Part shown: positions 43,018-53,840 of the stretch, in pieces
Layout: each line of letters starts with the position of its first letter
Numbering within the stretch: the stretch's first letter is position 1
Source of the DNA: Nitrosopumilaceae archaeon
GTDB lineage: Archaea; Thermoproteota; Nitrososphaeria; Nitrososphaerales; Nitrosopumilaceae
Assembly (NCBI GenBank): GCA_965209085.1
Contig: OZ242376.1
Coordinates: 704,001-768,000 of the forward strand
Length of the DNA: 64,000 nucleotides
Reading direction: 5' to 3'
Position numbers and translations under genes: made by a program
Notes under the pieces: generated by a model
Databases searched by the model: none
What the model was told of the DNA's origin: nothing
The model's input: only the letters and a program-made list of their open reading frames with translations

Positions 43018-44469
43018 ATGCAACTGTTAAAAAATACTCGTAAAACCCATTATGCATTTTTGCTGATCATACTTGTTTTATCAGCATACGTTCACTTGTG
43101 GAATCCTGTTGGATTTCCGGATATATTTTTTGATGAAGGCATTTACATGCGCAGAGCAATGAACATGTTGGAAACTGGTAATCCTCAGGAAGGGTATTTT
43201 TATGATCATCCTTACTTTGGACAGATAATTCTTGCAGGAGTTTTAAAAATTACTGGATTTCCACAATCCGTAGAGCAGTCATTAGATCTGTCTTACATGG
43301 TTCCACGATTGTTTATTGGAATAATTGCGGTTCTGGACACTTTTCTAGTGTTTAAAATAGCGGGAAAAAAATTTAATAATAAAATAGCATTATTGGCTGC
43401 AATATTATTTGCAGTCATGCCTATTACATGGCTGTTGAGAAGAATTCTTCTTGATACGATACTGCTGCCACTTGTACTCTTGTCGATATTATTGGCTCTG
43501 TATTCGGGAAATACACAACGAAAAAATTTACTGATATTTGCATCTTCGATATTTTTAGGACTGGCAATTTTTACAAAAATTACCGCAATTACGATGATAC
43601 CTGTGGTAGCATATGTCATATTCTCAAATCATCAAAGTAAAAAATATCGCATATCATGGTTTGCGCCAATATTTTTGATTCCAATGATATGGCCTGCGGT
43701 CAGTATTAGCCTTGGCCAGTTTGATCTGTGGTTAAAAGACATACTTTGGCAATCAAGTCGTAGCACTGGGGATTTTCTTACAGTAACAGGATACATCTTT
43801 AGTATTGATCCGGTATTTATCGCGCTTGGATTTGTATCGTTTGTATTTGCATCTATTAAAAAGAAATGGTTTCTAGTATTGTGGTTTGCGCCGTTTTTAC
43901 TTTTTGTTTCAAATGTGGGGTTTTTGCAGTATTTTCATTTTGTTTTATTGTTGCCGGTATTTTGTATTGCTGCTGCATTCATGATGTACGATATATTCAA
44001 AAATACAAAAATGTGCAATTATATCCTTGTCGGCATTGGTGCAGGCTTACTCGTATACGGTACCGGCATATCAAGTATTCTAATAAATACGGATGTGAGC
44101 TCTGCTCAGATTGCAGCACTAGAGTTTGCATTGGAGAATTTTGATGACTCTAATTCCACATTGCTTGCAAGTCCTGTTTATTCGTGGATATTCAATTTCG
44201 TATATGATAAAAACAACGTCTCTCCTGATTATTCTGTAATTTTATTCGAGTCAATCAAAACTAAAGACATGATGTTGATTGCTGATCCTCATTTCATGTT
44301 GGACATTCAACGGGGTATTGAACTGCAAAACGCATACGATGATTCACATCTCATATATGAGATAAATGGCTCCATTAATCAAATAAATACAACCATTTTT
44401 CCATTTCAAAGCATGATGTTTACCGGAGAAGGAAAATTTATCGAGATAAAACGGACTAGCATGCCATGA
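43018..44469 (+). CDS. GT-C (PMT/ArnT, GT39-like) membrane glycosyltransferase
   Basis: FFDEGIY, YDHP and GLAIFTK motifs with many TM helices. Confidence 0.88.
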   Translation: MQLLKNTRKTHYAFLLIILVLSAYVHLWNPVGFPDIFFDEGIYMRRAMNMLETGNPQEGYFYDHPYFGQIILAGVLKITGFPQSVEQSLDLSYMVPRLFIGIIAVLDTFLVFKIAGKKFNNKIALLAAILFAVMPITWLLRRILLDTILLPLVLLSILLALYSGNTQRKNLLIFASSIFLGLAIFTKITAITMIPVVAYVIFSNHQSKKYRISWFAPIFLIPMIWPAVSISLGQFDLWLKDILWQSSRSTGDFLTVTGYIFSIDPVFIALGFVSFVFASIKKKWFLVLWFAPFLLFVSNVGFLQYFHFVLLLPVFCIAAAFMMYDIFKNTKMCNYILVGIGAGLLVYGTGISSILINTDVSSAQIAALEFALENFDDSNSTLLASPVYSWIFNFVYDKNNVSPDYSVILFESIKTKDMMLIADPHFMLDIQRGIELQNAYDDSHLIYEINGSINQINTTIFPFQSMMFTGEGKFIEIKRTSMP

Positions 44470-45572
44470 AAATTAGCATTGTAATTCCCACATATAATGA
44501 GGCAAAAAACATTGTAAATCTTTTAGATCAAATCCTACCGTTGGTTGCAGATGATACGGAAATTATAATTGTAGATGATAACTCGCCTGATGGAACCTCT
44601 GATATTGTACAAAAATACAGTCAGAATATTTCCCCAAAAATACATCTGATTGTGCGTGAGAATAAAGATGGTCTAAGCTCGGCAATACTAAAAGGTGTTT
44701 CAAGCGCATCAAATGAAATTATTGTTGTAATGGATGCAGACAATAGCCACCCCCCTCATGTAATTCCGCAGATGATTCGGGAAATTGCCAATCATGATTT
44801 GGTTATTGCATCAAGATACATGCCTGGCGGATTGATCAGTAATTGGTCTACAAAAAGAAAAATTCTCAGTAAAACTGGAACACTGGTTGCCAAAACCGGA
44901 TTGGGCATAAAACAAAAAGATCCATTGTCCGGCTTTTTTGCTTTTAAAAAAAACATTATACAAAAAATCGATTTTGATGCTATAGGTTACAAAATATTGT
45001 TGGAAATTCTGGTCAAAACGGATGGAATCCGCATAAAAGAAATTCCTTATGAATTCTCTGATAGAAAATTGGGTCAGAGCAAGCTTGGATTTTCCACCGT
45101 ACTTGATTTTATCAAAGCTACATGGAAGCTGTACAGATATGGCAAAACCTATCATGAGAGCAGAACATCTGTCAGATTTATTTCAAAGAGCGCAAGATTT
45201 TTCACCGTTGGTGCTACAGGACTTTTGGTAAATCTTCTTACAATAACTGCAATATTGGAATTGGCACCAATATGGTATATACATGCAAATATAATTGGAA
45301 TATTTGTATCTATGAGTAGCAATTTTCTGCTGAACAAATGCTGGACTTTTGAGGATCTAAGTTTTAAAACGAAAAAAACTTTGCAACAATACGCAAAATT
45401 TTTACTGTTTAGCTCTGCTGGAGCCGCAGTTCAATTATCCCTGATATACTATCTAGTAGACGTACATGAGGTCGATTATACCGTATCTTTGATCTTGGCA
45501 GTACTTGCTGCCGGATTTGGTAATTTTATACTAAACAAGAAATTTACATTTAACGAATTAGTTTGGTCATAA
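44466..45572 (+). CDS. Polyprenol-phosphate mannosyltransferase (GT2) fused to a GtrA domain
   Basis: IPTYNE, VDDNSPDGT, MDAD.SHPP and DPLSGFF, with C-terminal RFFTVG...NFLLNK.WTF. Confidence 0.92.
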   Translation: MKISIVIPTYNEAKNIVNLLDQILPLVADDTEIIIVDDNSPDGTSDIVQKYSQNISPKIHLIVRENKDGLSSAILKGVSSASNEIIVVMDADNSHPPHVIPQMIREIANHDLVIASRYMPGGLISNWSTKRKILSKTGTLVAKTGLGIKQKDPLSGFFAFKKNIIQKIDFDAIGYKILLEILVKTDGIRIKEIPYEFSDRKLGQSKLGFSTVLDFIKATWKLYRYGKTYHESRTSVRFISKSARFFTVGATGLLVNLLTITAILELAPIWYIHANIIGIFVSMSSNFLLNKCWTFEDLSFKTKKTLQQYAKFLLFSSAGAAVQLSLIYYLVDVHEVDYTVSLILAVLAAGFGNFILNKKFTFNELVWS

Positions 45573-45704
45573 TGAATATTGGTATTGCAAAATTTATAGA
45601 AAACTTGCAAAATTACATGAAAGTAAAGTTAGATATCCGGATAAATATAGGTACAGTCAATCGATCCTGTAATATTTGAAGAATTTTGTGGTTATAGTAA
45701 ATCT

Positions 45705-45944
45705 ATGATATCGTATATCAATACAATTCTTAAAAAATCTGGCTATAATGATACTGAATGCAGAGAATTAGCAGACAAATTTGTTTATCAATTTCCAATG
45801 CATGATTTTGTAATTGATAAAAACATGGAAACCGATATTGGATTACATGTTGAATCTTATGATGTGGATGTTGAAGAATGGGATCTTGTGAGAAATTGGT
45901 TCAGTAAATACATTGCAAAAGAAACAGGAAATCATTTCATTTGA
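45705..45944 (+). CDS. Hypothetical protein or gene fragment
   Basis: 79-aa ORF in AT-rich DNA with no recognised motif. Confidence 0.4.
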   Translation: MISYINTILKKSGYNDTECRELADKFVYQFPMHDFVIDKNMETDIGLHVESYDVDVEEWDLVRNWFSKYIAKETGNHFI

Positions 45945-46219
45945 TATTGTATTCCAAACAAAGATGTATTGAACTAAAAAAATACAAAATAATTATTCAG
46001 CGTATGCATCGGATGCCGATGTATCTTTAATACCATCAAATTTTATTATCACTTTAATTGATTCTGACATGTTGAAATTACAACATGGCATAAACATATA
46101 ACATTAGATCGTAGGCTATGATTCATCTGTCCATTTTAATAGAGCTTCTTCAACTGTTATTGACAAATTTCCCCCATAAGCGATCCCTTTAATTGTGGTC
46201 TACTCAAACTCACACCGCT

Positions 46220-46293
46220 GGGGTTGTAGTCTAGCATGGTATGATTCTGGTTTTGGGTACCAGGGGTCGCAGGTTCAAGTCCTGCCAACCCCA
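46220..46293 (+). tRNA. tRNA-Pro (UGG), no intron, CCA not encoded
   Basis: Acceptor GGGGTTG/CAACCCC, anticodon arm CTGGT-TTTGGGT-ACCAG and T arm GCAGG-TTCAAGT-CCTGC. Confidence 0.97.
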
Positions 46294-47038
46294 CTCTTAA
46301 AGATTATAACACTCCTCACCATATAAAACACACAAGCAATGATGATGAGTTAGAGTAAATGATTTATGATTTGATCTAATGGCTCTGAGCTTGATTATAT
46401 CTCTAGCATTAAAATGACACAAACTGCACATAGCTCTGTCCATGAATGAGCATTTTTTATAAAATCCGATCAAATTCATTCAAAATCATGCAACATGTCC
46501 ACCAATTCATCATTATCAAGCCCTGCTCATCTTGTCAGCATTGCAAATATTGGGTTTTAGAGTATAGCATACGCTAGGATCATATCTGACACAAAGTGTC
46601 AGAATCTAGACTACGGCAGCTAGAATGTGAATATTATAACACGACAAAAAAGCCCAATTCAATTTTCTGTGTTGCAAATTTGCGTGTACTTGAAGTGGAA
46701 GAAAACCTTCTCTTCATGGATGAAAACGTGGTCTCTACGTTGCTGCGTTTGTAGTATATGGATAGAAATTCATCAGGATTATCACGATGCCATCTAAGCA
46801 TCTTTCCCATTGCGTCAAATCCACGTACACGAACACCTTTTCTTGGCATTATTACAGGAATTCGTCCAATCTTTTCTACGAATGTGCATATGTTGCATGA
46901 AAGATATGCTGCATCAAGCATCACATGACCGGAACCGTGCGGCAGTGTGTCACATATTTGCTCAAATATTGGTGCATCATGGCATCGTGCATGGGTAATA
47001 TCATATGATATGATTATGCCGTTTTCAGCAGTTACAAT

Positions 47039-47113
47039 AGACTTCATGCATAATGGGCCAAATTCACAATTTTTACGAATAAAAATGATCGATTTGAACG
47101 ATTATGTAGGTCA
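47039..47113. mobile_element. Second MITE copy with a decayed inner end
   Basis: AGACTTCATGCATAATGGGCCAAATTCACAATTTTTACGAATAAAAATGA is nearly identical to the reverse complement of the 24172-24249 element. Confidence 0.88.
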
Positions 47114-47119
47114 TGTCAC

Positions 47120-47641
47120 AACCTGCCTAATTCTGACATTTTGACTAAAACGATATTAAAATATCTAATTTGGCGACAATTTTGATTCCAAAGATTTAGA
47201 TCATCCCACAAAGTAGACGAATTATGAGAAACACCCACGAGATGATCCATTATGAGTAAAAAGCACTAATAAAAATATCGAATGCAGAGACCAAAGAAGC
47301 GGATAAAAAAATGATTGCCGAGAAAAACCTGAAAAGCCTCACTGCATCCATATTGTTTGGCCATCTGAGCTAGTTTGCAGTCCCAAAATAACACAAAAAA
47401 GAACTCAAATGCATGAACAAATGTAAGAACGGCAGATGTTTCAATCTAAAAACGAAAGGAAAATCTAAAAAAATGGAAAAAAGATATAGAGTATGGAAAA
47501 AGATGGCACTCTAAAATTGTTTTTGCAGTATTCAAAGAAAGGTTTGGAGAACATGTACGATCAAGACATATGAAAAACATAAAGCAAGAAATTGGCATGA
47601 AAATCCTAGTGTACAATTTGTTAATATGTGCTGCATACTGA
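47120..47641 (+). pseudogene. IS5-family transposase C-terminal relic
   Basis: KWKKDIEYGKRW....F..FK.RFGE.V.SR.......E....LVYN. Confidence 0.7.
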
Positions 47642-47917
47642 CACAAAACTGCAACAAGCCTAGCGGACGCTGTATGCAGATGTGTGAATTTTTGAAGATT
47701 TTTGTGTGAAATTATGGTTTGATAACAAATGGGTCCTGATATCGATGACAGATGTATGTTTTTGGAAGATTTACTGTCATTTTTGATGGAATTTCCAATA
47801 GAATTTTCAATAGTTGTGAAATGACCTACATAATCTGCAACATTTTTATATGAATGTTCATTATTTACAGCGTTGGATAGTAAGAAATGGACAATGTTGC
47901 CCTTATTTGCATTATTG

Positions 47918-49451
47918 GTAACTGTCTAGAGTTTTGAAGTTAAATTGGATAGATATTCTTCCAAATAATCATGAAAGTTCAGATTCCTCAACCTGCACGT
48001 CTCCTTTATGCTCATCAATATCTTGTGAGCTTTGACACCATCCTCTGAGCGATGACCATTTGTAATTTTACGTATTACGACATTTGGTCGAATCCCCCTC
48101 TCGGCGGTATTGTTGTGCCAGTCAGTACCCGTTTTTAGAAACGTAAAGAGCATATCTTTTTCTCGCCTGATTCTTTTTACAAATCTGATACAGTTTTTCT
48201 CCTTGTACGGCTTTGAGATCAGTCTGTCAATTCTTACCTCTAGATTTTTCTTGATTTTAAGCCTCTTGATCTTGCTTTGTATCTTTGCAGCATCCTGTGA
48301 GTCGTAGAGTATTTTTTGCAGACGTTTTGCAAATGGTTCAAACTCTTTGCCGGGGTTTTTATGATCTATTGTACCCAGGATCTCTCTTTTATAGTGAACA
48401 TGGCAACGCTGATGTGTTTTACCAGCATAATTCCATGCCGGCCCGGAATCGCTTGTAACGTTTCCCTTGTATTCTTTTAATATTTTTTTTGGTACCTCGC
48501 GTCCACGTGATTTGTCAATTTCATATATGATGGTCCATTTTCCAACAAACACCCACAACCAGTGGTTGATGCCATCAATCCGCCAGCTGGTCTCATCTCC
48601 GTGTATGTTTAATTCTTGGTTTAATTCCTTTATCATCTGCTCGTACAGCGAACCAAACGCTGTCGCCATTTTTGTTATCGCATGATTTATGGTGGAAGGT
48701 GTCACGTGTATCGAATACATTGTATTTACCAGTCGTGATATTTTTACATATGAAATTCCCAATAATTTGAGTGAGACGATAAACACTCCCAATCTGATCC
48801 CAAACCTACTGTTTGGAAGTGCGGTGTATATTTTTGGTGTGATTGTCTTTTTACAGTGTTTGCAATATCTTCGATATATCGTATATTCTGTATTGTACGT
48901 CTTTGCTGGAATAATATCCTCCACCGTACGGGTGTATTTGTCGATGATTTTTGAGAGCTTGTTTCCACATCCACTGCACATCTTTTGATCCACATTTGTT
49001 TTATTGTCGATTCTGATGGGTTTTTTTCTGCTGGTTCTTGTATGATCAGAGTATTTTCTTTCTGCTGGTTCTTGTATGATCAGAGTATTTTCTTTCTGTA
49101 AGAGTTTTGGAAATGTTGGGTTTTGCATGGATATTCTTTGCGACAAGTTCTTTTACTGCAAATTTTAGATCATCTATTTCTTTTTGTTGATCTGCAGATT
49201 TTTTTTCAAGCATGGAACATTTTTCCTCAGATGCAGAATATTTGCTTTTCAGATCTGTAATCTCGCTTTTCTGTCGTTTATTGATACGTTGTAACTGCGC
49301 AATTTCTTGCGATACATAATGTGACCTTTGGTTGTGGTCATTTTGGTCACGTTCTGACAACAATTCGTTATGTTTGTGCCCGATCCATAAAGATCACGGT
49401 GGAAAATACTCGATCATATGATCAAATCGCTTCAAAACTCTAGACAGTTAC
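47918..49451 (-). mobile_element. IS66-family (single-ORF, ISBst12-like) element, frameshifted
   Basis: Perfect 22-bp TIR GTAACTGTCTAGAGTTTTGAAG. Motifs HGDETSW, HQRCHVH and NNTAERGIRP. No target duplication is seen. Confidence 0.92.
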
Positions 49452-50126
49452 AATGGATCTAATAGATGGATTCTTACATTACATAAATGTAGTCCGCATG
49501 AATTAAAGAAAATGCCGTATGTTCAAAAACGTATTAAAGCTGTTGTAAAATTCAGAAAAAATAGTAAAAAAAAATCTACACGTGAATTAGCAAAAACCCC
49601 CACAGTATTTGATCATATTATGATTCCTACAATGCCATTTTTATTAATTCCTAGTACATCGTCGATCAGGCGTAATTATGTACCAATGGCATACATGAAA
49701 CCTCCTATTATACCAAGTAAAGCTACAATGATAATAGAAAATGCAACTATAGAATTATTTGGACTTATAACTTCAAAAATGCACATGGTGTGGTTACGAA
49801 CAATTGGTGGAAAGTTAAAGAATGATTTTAGATATTCTGGCGGTATGATTTACAACACATTCCCTGTCCCATCAAATTACACATCTCTCAAACCATATGC
49901 TCAAAAAATCTTGGATGTGAGAACTAACTATACGGATTCAACATTGGCAGATCTATATGATCCAAATACAATGCCGGCAGACCTTCTAAAATCACATCAA
50001 TCCCTAGATCGTGTAGTTGATAAGATGTATACCAAAAAACCATTTAAATCCGATTCAGAACGAATAGAGTTTTTGCTAGAAAAATATGAAGAATTAGTAT
50101 CTAAAAATGAGACACCTATAGGATAA
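49452..50126 (+). pseudogene. C-terminal fragment of an MmeI-like type IIL restriction-modification enzyme
   Basis: SKMHMVW...GG.LK.DFRYS...YNTFP...LADLYDP..MP..L...H..LD..VD. The frame is open back to the IS66 end. Confidence 0.85.
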
Positions 50127-50129
50127 CTA

Positions 50130-50272
50130 GGGTAATGCGTGTGTTTATTGACTCCATGATGATACGCACCTTTTCATCTGGAGCACGATGTGGTTTTTTC
50201 ATTAACAAATCCACTCCAGAGGGGTAAAATTTGTAACACTTGGAGTGTTCTCCTTTTATGGGGTCCACTCCA
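50130..50272 (-). mobile_element. IS3 left end plus orfA start relic
   Basis: TGGAGTGGACCCCATAAAAGGAGAAC and MKKPHRAPDEKVRIIMESIN match the element at 23002-24322. Confidence 0.88.
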
Positions 50273-50320
50273 GTAAGGGATACAGAAAACCATAAATACA
50301 GCATTTTATAATTAAAATTA

Positions 50321-51616
50321 TTGTTGCTTAACAAATTAACAATAATTGTAATTATAACAATTATAGCTATAACATCTACGCTTGTAATTGTAATTCCTGC
50401 TGACGATATTAACGTACAGTCTACAATCCATCATGAAAAATCCTTGGTTAATCCTACATGGTCATTTAACCAATCAGTTTCTGTTTCAGAGGCAAACAAC
50501 CAAGTAGCCATAAATTTGTTCAAACTGTTGGAAAATGATACACAAAAAAACATCTTTTTTTCACCTTTTAGTATTCTTACGGCCATGACGATAGAGTACG
50601 AGGGGGCACGGAGCAATACTGCATTAGAAATGGAAAAAGCACTGGGCATATCCTCTGATGATAATACACGTAGATTGAGACTGCAAAATATAACGCAAAG
50701 CCTAACGAATGAAAATCTAGATTATGAATTAAACGTGGCAAACGCCCTGTGGATTAGAGATGACTATAAAGTCCGTCCTGAATATGCAGGTATAGTAAAT
50801 ATCCATTATGACGGTGTTGTAGATTCATTTAACAGTAAAAGTGCTGATAAAATCAACAAATGGGCAAATGATTCAACAAGAGGAAAAATATCCAAAATAG
50901 TTGATGATGAAAGATTATTCGATGATGCTTTGAAAGTTATCATAACCAACGCAGTGTATTTTAACGCCTCTTGGATGCATGAATTTGACGTATTAGATAC
51001 CAAAAAAAGTGATTTTTGGGTTAATGATAAAAAAAGTTTGGATGTAGATATGATGAAGCAAGTTATTAGACAAATACATTATGCAAAAATAGATGGCGTG
51101 CAGATATTAAAAATTCCATACAAATCGGATTCGGACAGACTATCAATGATAATAGCACTACCCGAAGACAAGGACGGTATAGAAGATTTAGAGAATAATC
51201 TGACATATGATATGTTTACAGCATGGACTAGAAACACAGAACCTCATCTTGTGCAGATGTATATTCCAAAATTTAAAATAGAAACCAAATATGACGGCTC
51301 TAAAACAATACCCGCATTTAAGAATCTTGGAATATCTGATGCATTTTACCCCAGTAGTGCTAATTTATCAGGCATGGCATTCGATGCTGATGGTTTGTAT
51401 ATTAGCGATATTGTTCACAATGCATTTGTGAATGTAGATGAAATAGGAACCGAAGCTGCAGCTATAACAACAATATTTAATAGGCCAGAAAGTTCCACAG
51501 CATATCTTGGAGATACAATAACATTCAGGGCGGATCATCCATTTATATTTACAATTTGGGATGATGAGACAAATATCATACTATTTATGGGTAGAATCTC
51601 AGATCCAACCGCATAA
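50321..51616 (+). CDS. Serpin with N-terminal anchor and a canonical inhibitory hinge
   Basis: NIFFSPFSI, NAVYFNASW, DEIGTEAAAIT and FRADHPFIF. P1-P1' counts to Glu-Ser. Confidence 0.95.
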   Translation: MLLNKLTIIVIITIIAITSTLVIVIPADDINVQSTIHHEKSLVNPTWSFNQSVSVSEANNQVAINLFKLLENDTQKNIFFSPFSILTAMTIEYEGARSNTALEMEKALGISSDDNTRRLRLQNITQSLTNENLDYELNVANALWIRDDYKVRPEYAGIVNIHYDGVVDSFNSKSADKINKWANDSTRGKISKIVDDERLFDDALKVIITNAVYFNASWMHEFDVLDTKKSDFWVNDKKSLDVDMMKQVIRQIHYAKIDGVQILKIPYKSDSDRLSMIIALPEDKDGIEDLENNLTYDMFTAWTRNTEPHLVQMYIPKFKIETKYDGSKTIPAFKNLGISDAFYPSSANLSGMAFDADGLYISDIVHNAFVNVDEIGTEAAAITTIFNRPESSTAYLGDTITFRADHPFIFTIWDDETNIILFMGRISDPTA

Positions 51617-51622
51617 TATAGT

Positions 51623-52879
51623 AGATGTCTTGCGTAATAAAAAATTCGGCATAACAATATATTGTGCCTAATAATTAAAGTGTTATGTTAAAAAATCACA
51701 TTCTGGAATATGATTTACAGTTAATCTAAGACAATACGCCACATGTCAATTATGTGATCACCGTTTGCAGTAATTCATGTTGGAACAATGTAGGTTTGCA
51801 AATCCACGCGACAACATGTACATCTGGTCAATATCGGGCGTGCAGTATGATGTTATAATGAGCGTGCCCACTCATTTTTGTAATTTATTAATCCGTTTAC
51901 AACCTGCACGATTCCATCATATTTATCAAATCGTGATCGGAATACATCTCGGCGTATGTTGAATTTCTTAATTCTGCTGTAAACATGTTCTATCCGTACA
52001 CGTACGCTTGAGAGTAATTTATTGTGAAATATTTGTTCGCGGGTTCTCTTTTTATTTTTATATTTTTTACAGGGTATGATCGAATTTGCTTGTGGAAACG
52101 CGTCATGTATTCCCTGATATGCACTATCATAGAGATTTGAAACAGAATTCAACAGATCCTGCGTAATTTTGTTTTCACACTGCAGTGGGTGGTTCTCTTT
52201 TACAATGGCATAATCGTGTACACTGCCAGGATATGACATTGAGCTATACAAGATCATTCCGTTTCCGTTTATGACTTCTGTTGTTTTTCTGGTATGTGTT
52301 TTGTGCTTGCCAGAATAGTTTTTCTTTTGTTCTTCCTTGTCACTTGGACGCCATACCCGTTGTTCGGTAGCATCTGTAACGCAATAATTGTCAGGAAAAT
52401 TCTTTTCAAGATCTTTGGAAGATTTTATTTCTAAAACTTGTTTGTGTAGTTTATGTGGAGTTGGAAGAATATCTGCCAATATCTTTAGAATCATGCCTAT
52501 GTTTCGTTGTACATTACTTTGATCCAAGTCAAACATGTATCCTATTTTTTCATACGACTGGTATTCTCGTAAATAAACAAGCGTCATTATTAACCGATCT
52601 GGCAGTGACAAGTGATGTTTCATGCCTCCTCCTGGACTTCGTTGTCTTTCTGCTGCATTTGCAACATCCAGCTGGCATTCAAGATATTTTTTACGTATGC
52701 CAGGAATCAAGGAATCAAATTCTTCGACCGTAAGACCGGTAAACGCCTTGAATGCACGCGGTTTTTTGCGCATTGTCGTTTCTGAGAACACAAAACACAG
52801 TAAACATGCATGAAAATAGATCGATGTGATCTAAAAGTTTGGACTGCATGATTGAATTTCTTTATTACGCAAGGCATCT
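51623..52879 (-). mobile_element. IS5-family ISL2-like element with an intact-looking transposase (51853-52791)
   Basis: TIRs AGATG(T/C)CTTGCGTAATAAA. Motifs FTGLT..EF, DATEQ..RP, YSGK, GSVHD, DSAYQG and RVRIEH. Confidence 0.9.
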
Positions 52880-53499
52880 AATATGCAATTTGCGATAATC
52901 CCGTCTGGACCTTGATCCATTTTTTGCATAAAGCCATGTGTTATGCCCGTTTATTGCAATTCCTGTAAAATCCCCGTACAATGTACCTTTCATTCCAGGT
53001 CTGCCTGCAGAATTTATCATCCATGTGATGAAATGTACATCAATTCTAGATGCTACATGCAACGCCGACCTTGATGGTACTCTTTTCAAGCCCTGCATTG
53101 ATAGTAAACGTGATGAATCTTCAAGATAATCTCCGAGTTCATTGTATGACAATTGTTGCATTGTTTTTAGGGCAATACACGCAGTCATTCCCAGGGGGTC
53201 AAAGCCGTGTTGTCCTAATGGATTCTGTTTCCATGGCTTTACCCCATGATTTTTTGCTTTCATTATAATCGAGGTTAACATTTGGTGTGATCTGGCAAGA
53301 TTTCCTCATCGTTTGTGCTTTGTTGATTTCCTTAAATTGGCTCTGATCTACTGATCCAAAGCTTTTTCGGCCATTTACGTTCATGATCTAGAATCTTTAT
53401 GGTATGTTTTGGATTTTATTCGTGGACAGAGCCACCGCACATGAAAGATTTTTAATACAAACACTGCGCAGTTAAAATCTGAGATTTTATAAAAAAGAT

Positions 53500-53700
53500 T
53501 TGGTACTGCTGGCAGGATGCTCCCTTATGGGAGCCGGTTCTGCCATATACCTCCCACCTATACTGGCAGTTGCATTATCTGCTGGAATTTTTCTAGGGAT
53601 AAAGACATTCATGAGTAAAAGCTCACAGGTGTTATTGAATGCATCAAAGGGCGGAATATGTGTCCAATGCGGCCACAAAGCCGACGAATGCTCATGCTAG
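53500..53700 (+). CDS. Small membrane protein with a Cys-rich tail
   Basis: Two hydrophobic segments followed by CVQCGHKADECSC. The start is uncertain. Confidence 0.6.
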   Translation: MVLLAGCSLMGAGSAIYLPPILAVALSAGIFLGIKTFMSKSSQVLLNASKGGICVQCGHKADECSC

Positions 53701-53840
53701 CCGTGATTTTAACCGCCATATCCAATTTACGATTATTTTTAACACTGTGCATGACTATTGGGCACGCATAGTTGATCATTTGATCAGCTTTTACCTCATA
53801 TCAATTTATAATGGCTTTTACTGGCATATTTGGACATAGC

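Larger units (their letters stand above)
46432..53433 (-). mobile_element. IS5-family (IS903-like) element split into 46432-47038 and 52880-53433 by a 5.8-kb insertion
   Basis: TIRs (A/G)GCTCTGTCCA(T/C)GAAT. The 9-bp duplication is ACTGCACAT (46423-31) vs ACCGCACAT (53434-42). The halves join at KLHI|VTAE as in the copy at 25312. Confidence 0.9.

Noticed and set aside
19207-53433. CRISPR array, cas genes or TnpB/IscB
   Set aside because: No regularly spaced repeat-spacer series and no recognisable Cas, TnpB or IscB ORF were seen. The dispersed repeats are IS ends.
46294-53433. tRNA-Pro-integrated island with att sites
   Set aside because: No integrase and no duplicated tRNA 3' end were found. 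The region is explained by nested IS insertion.
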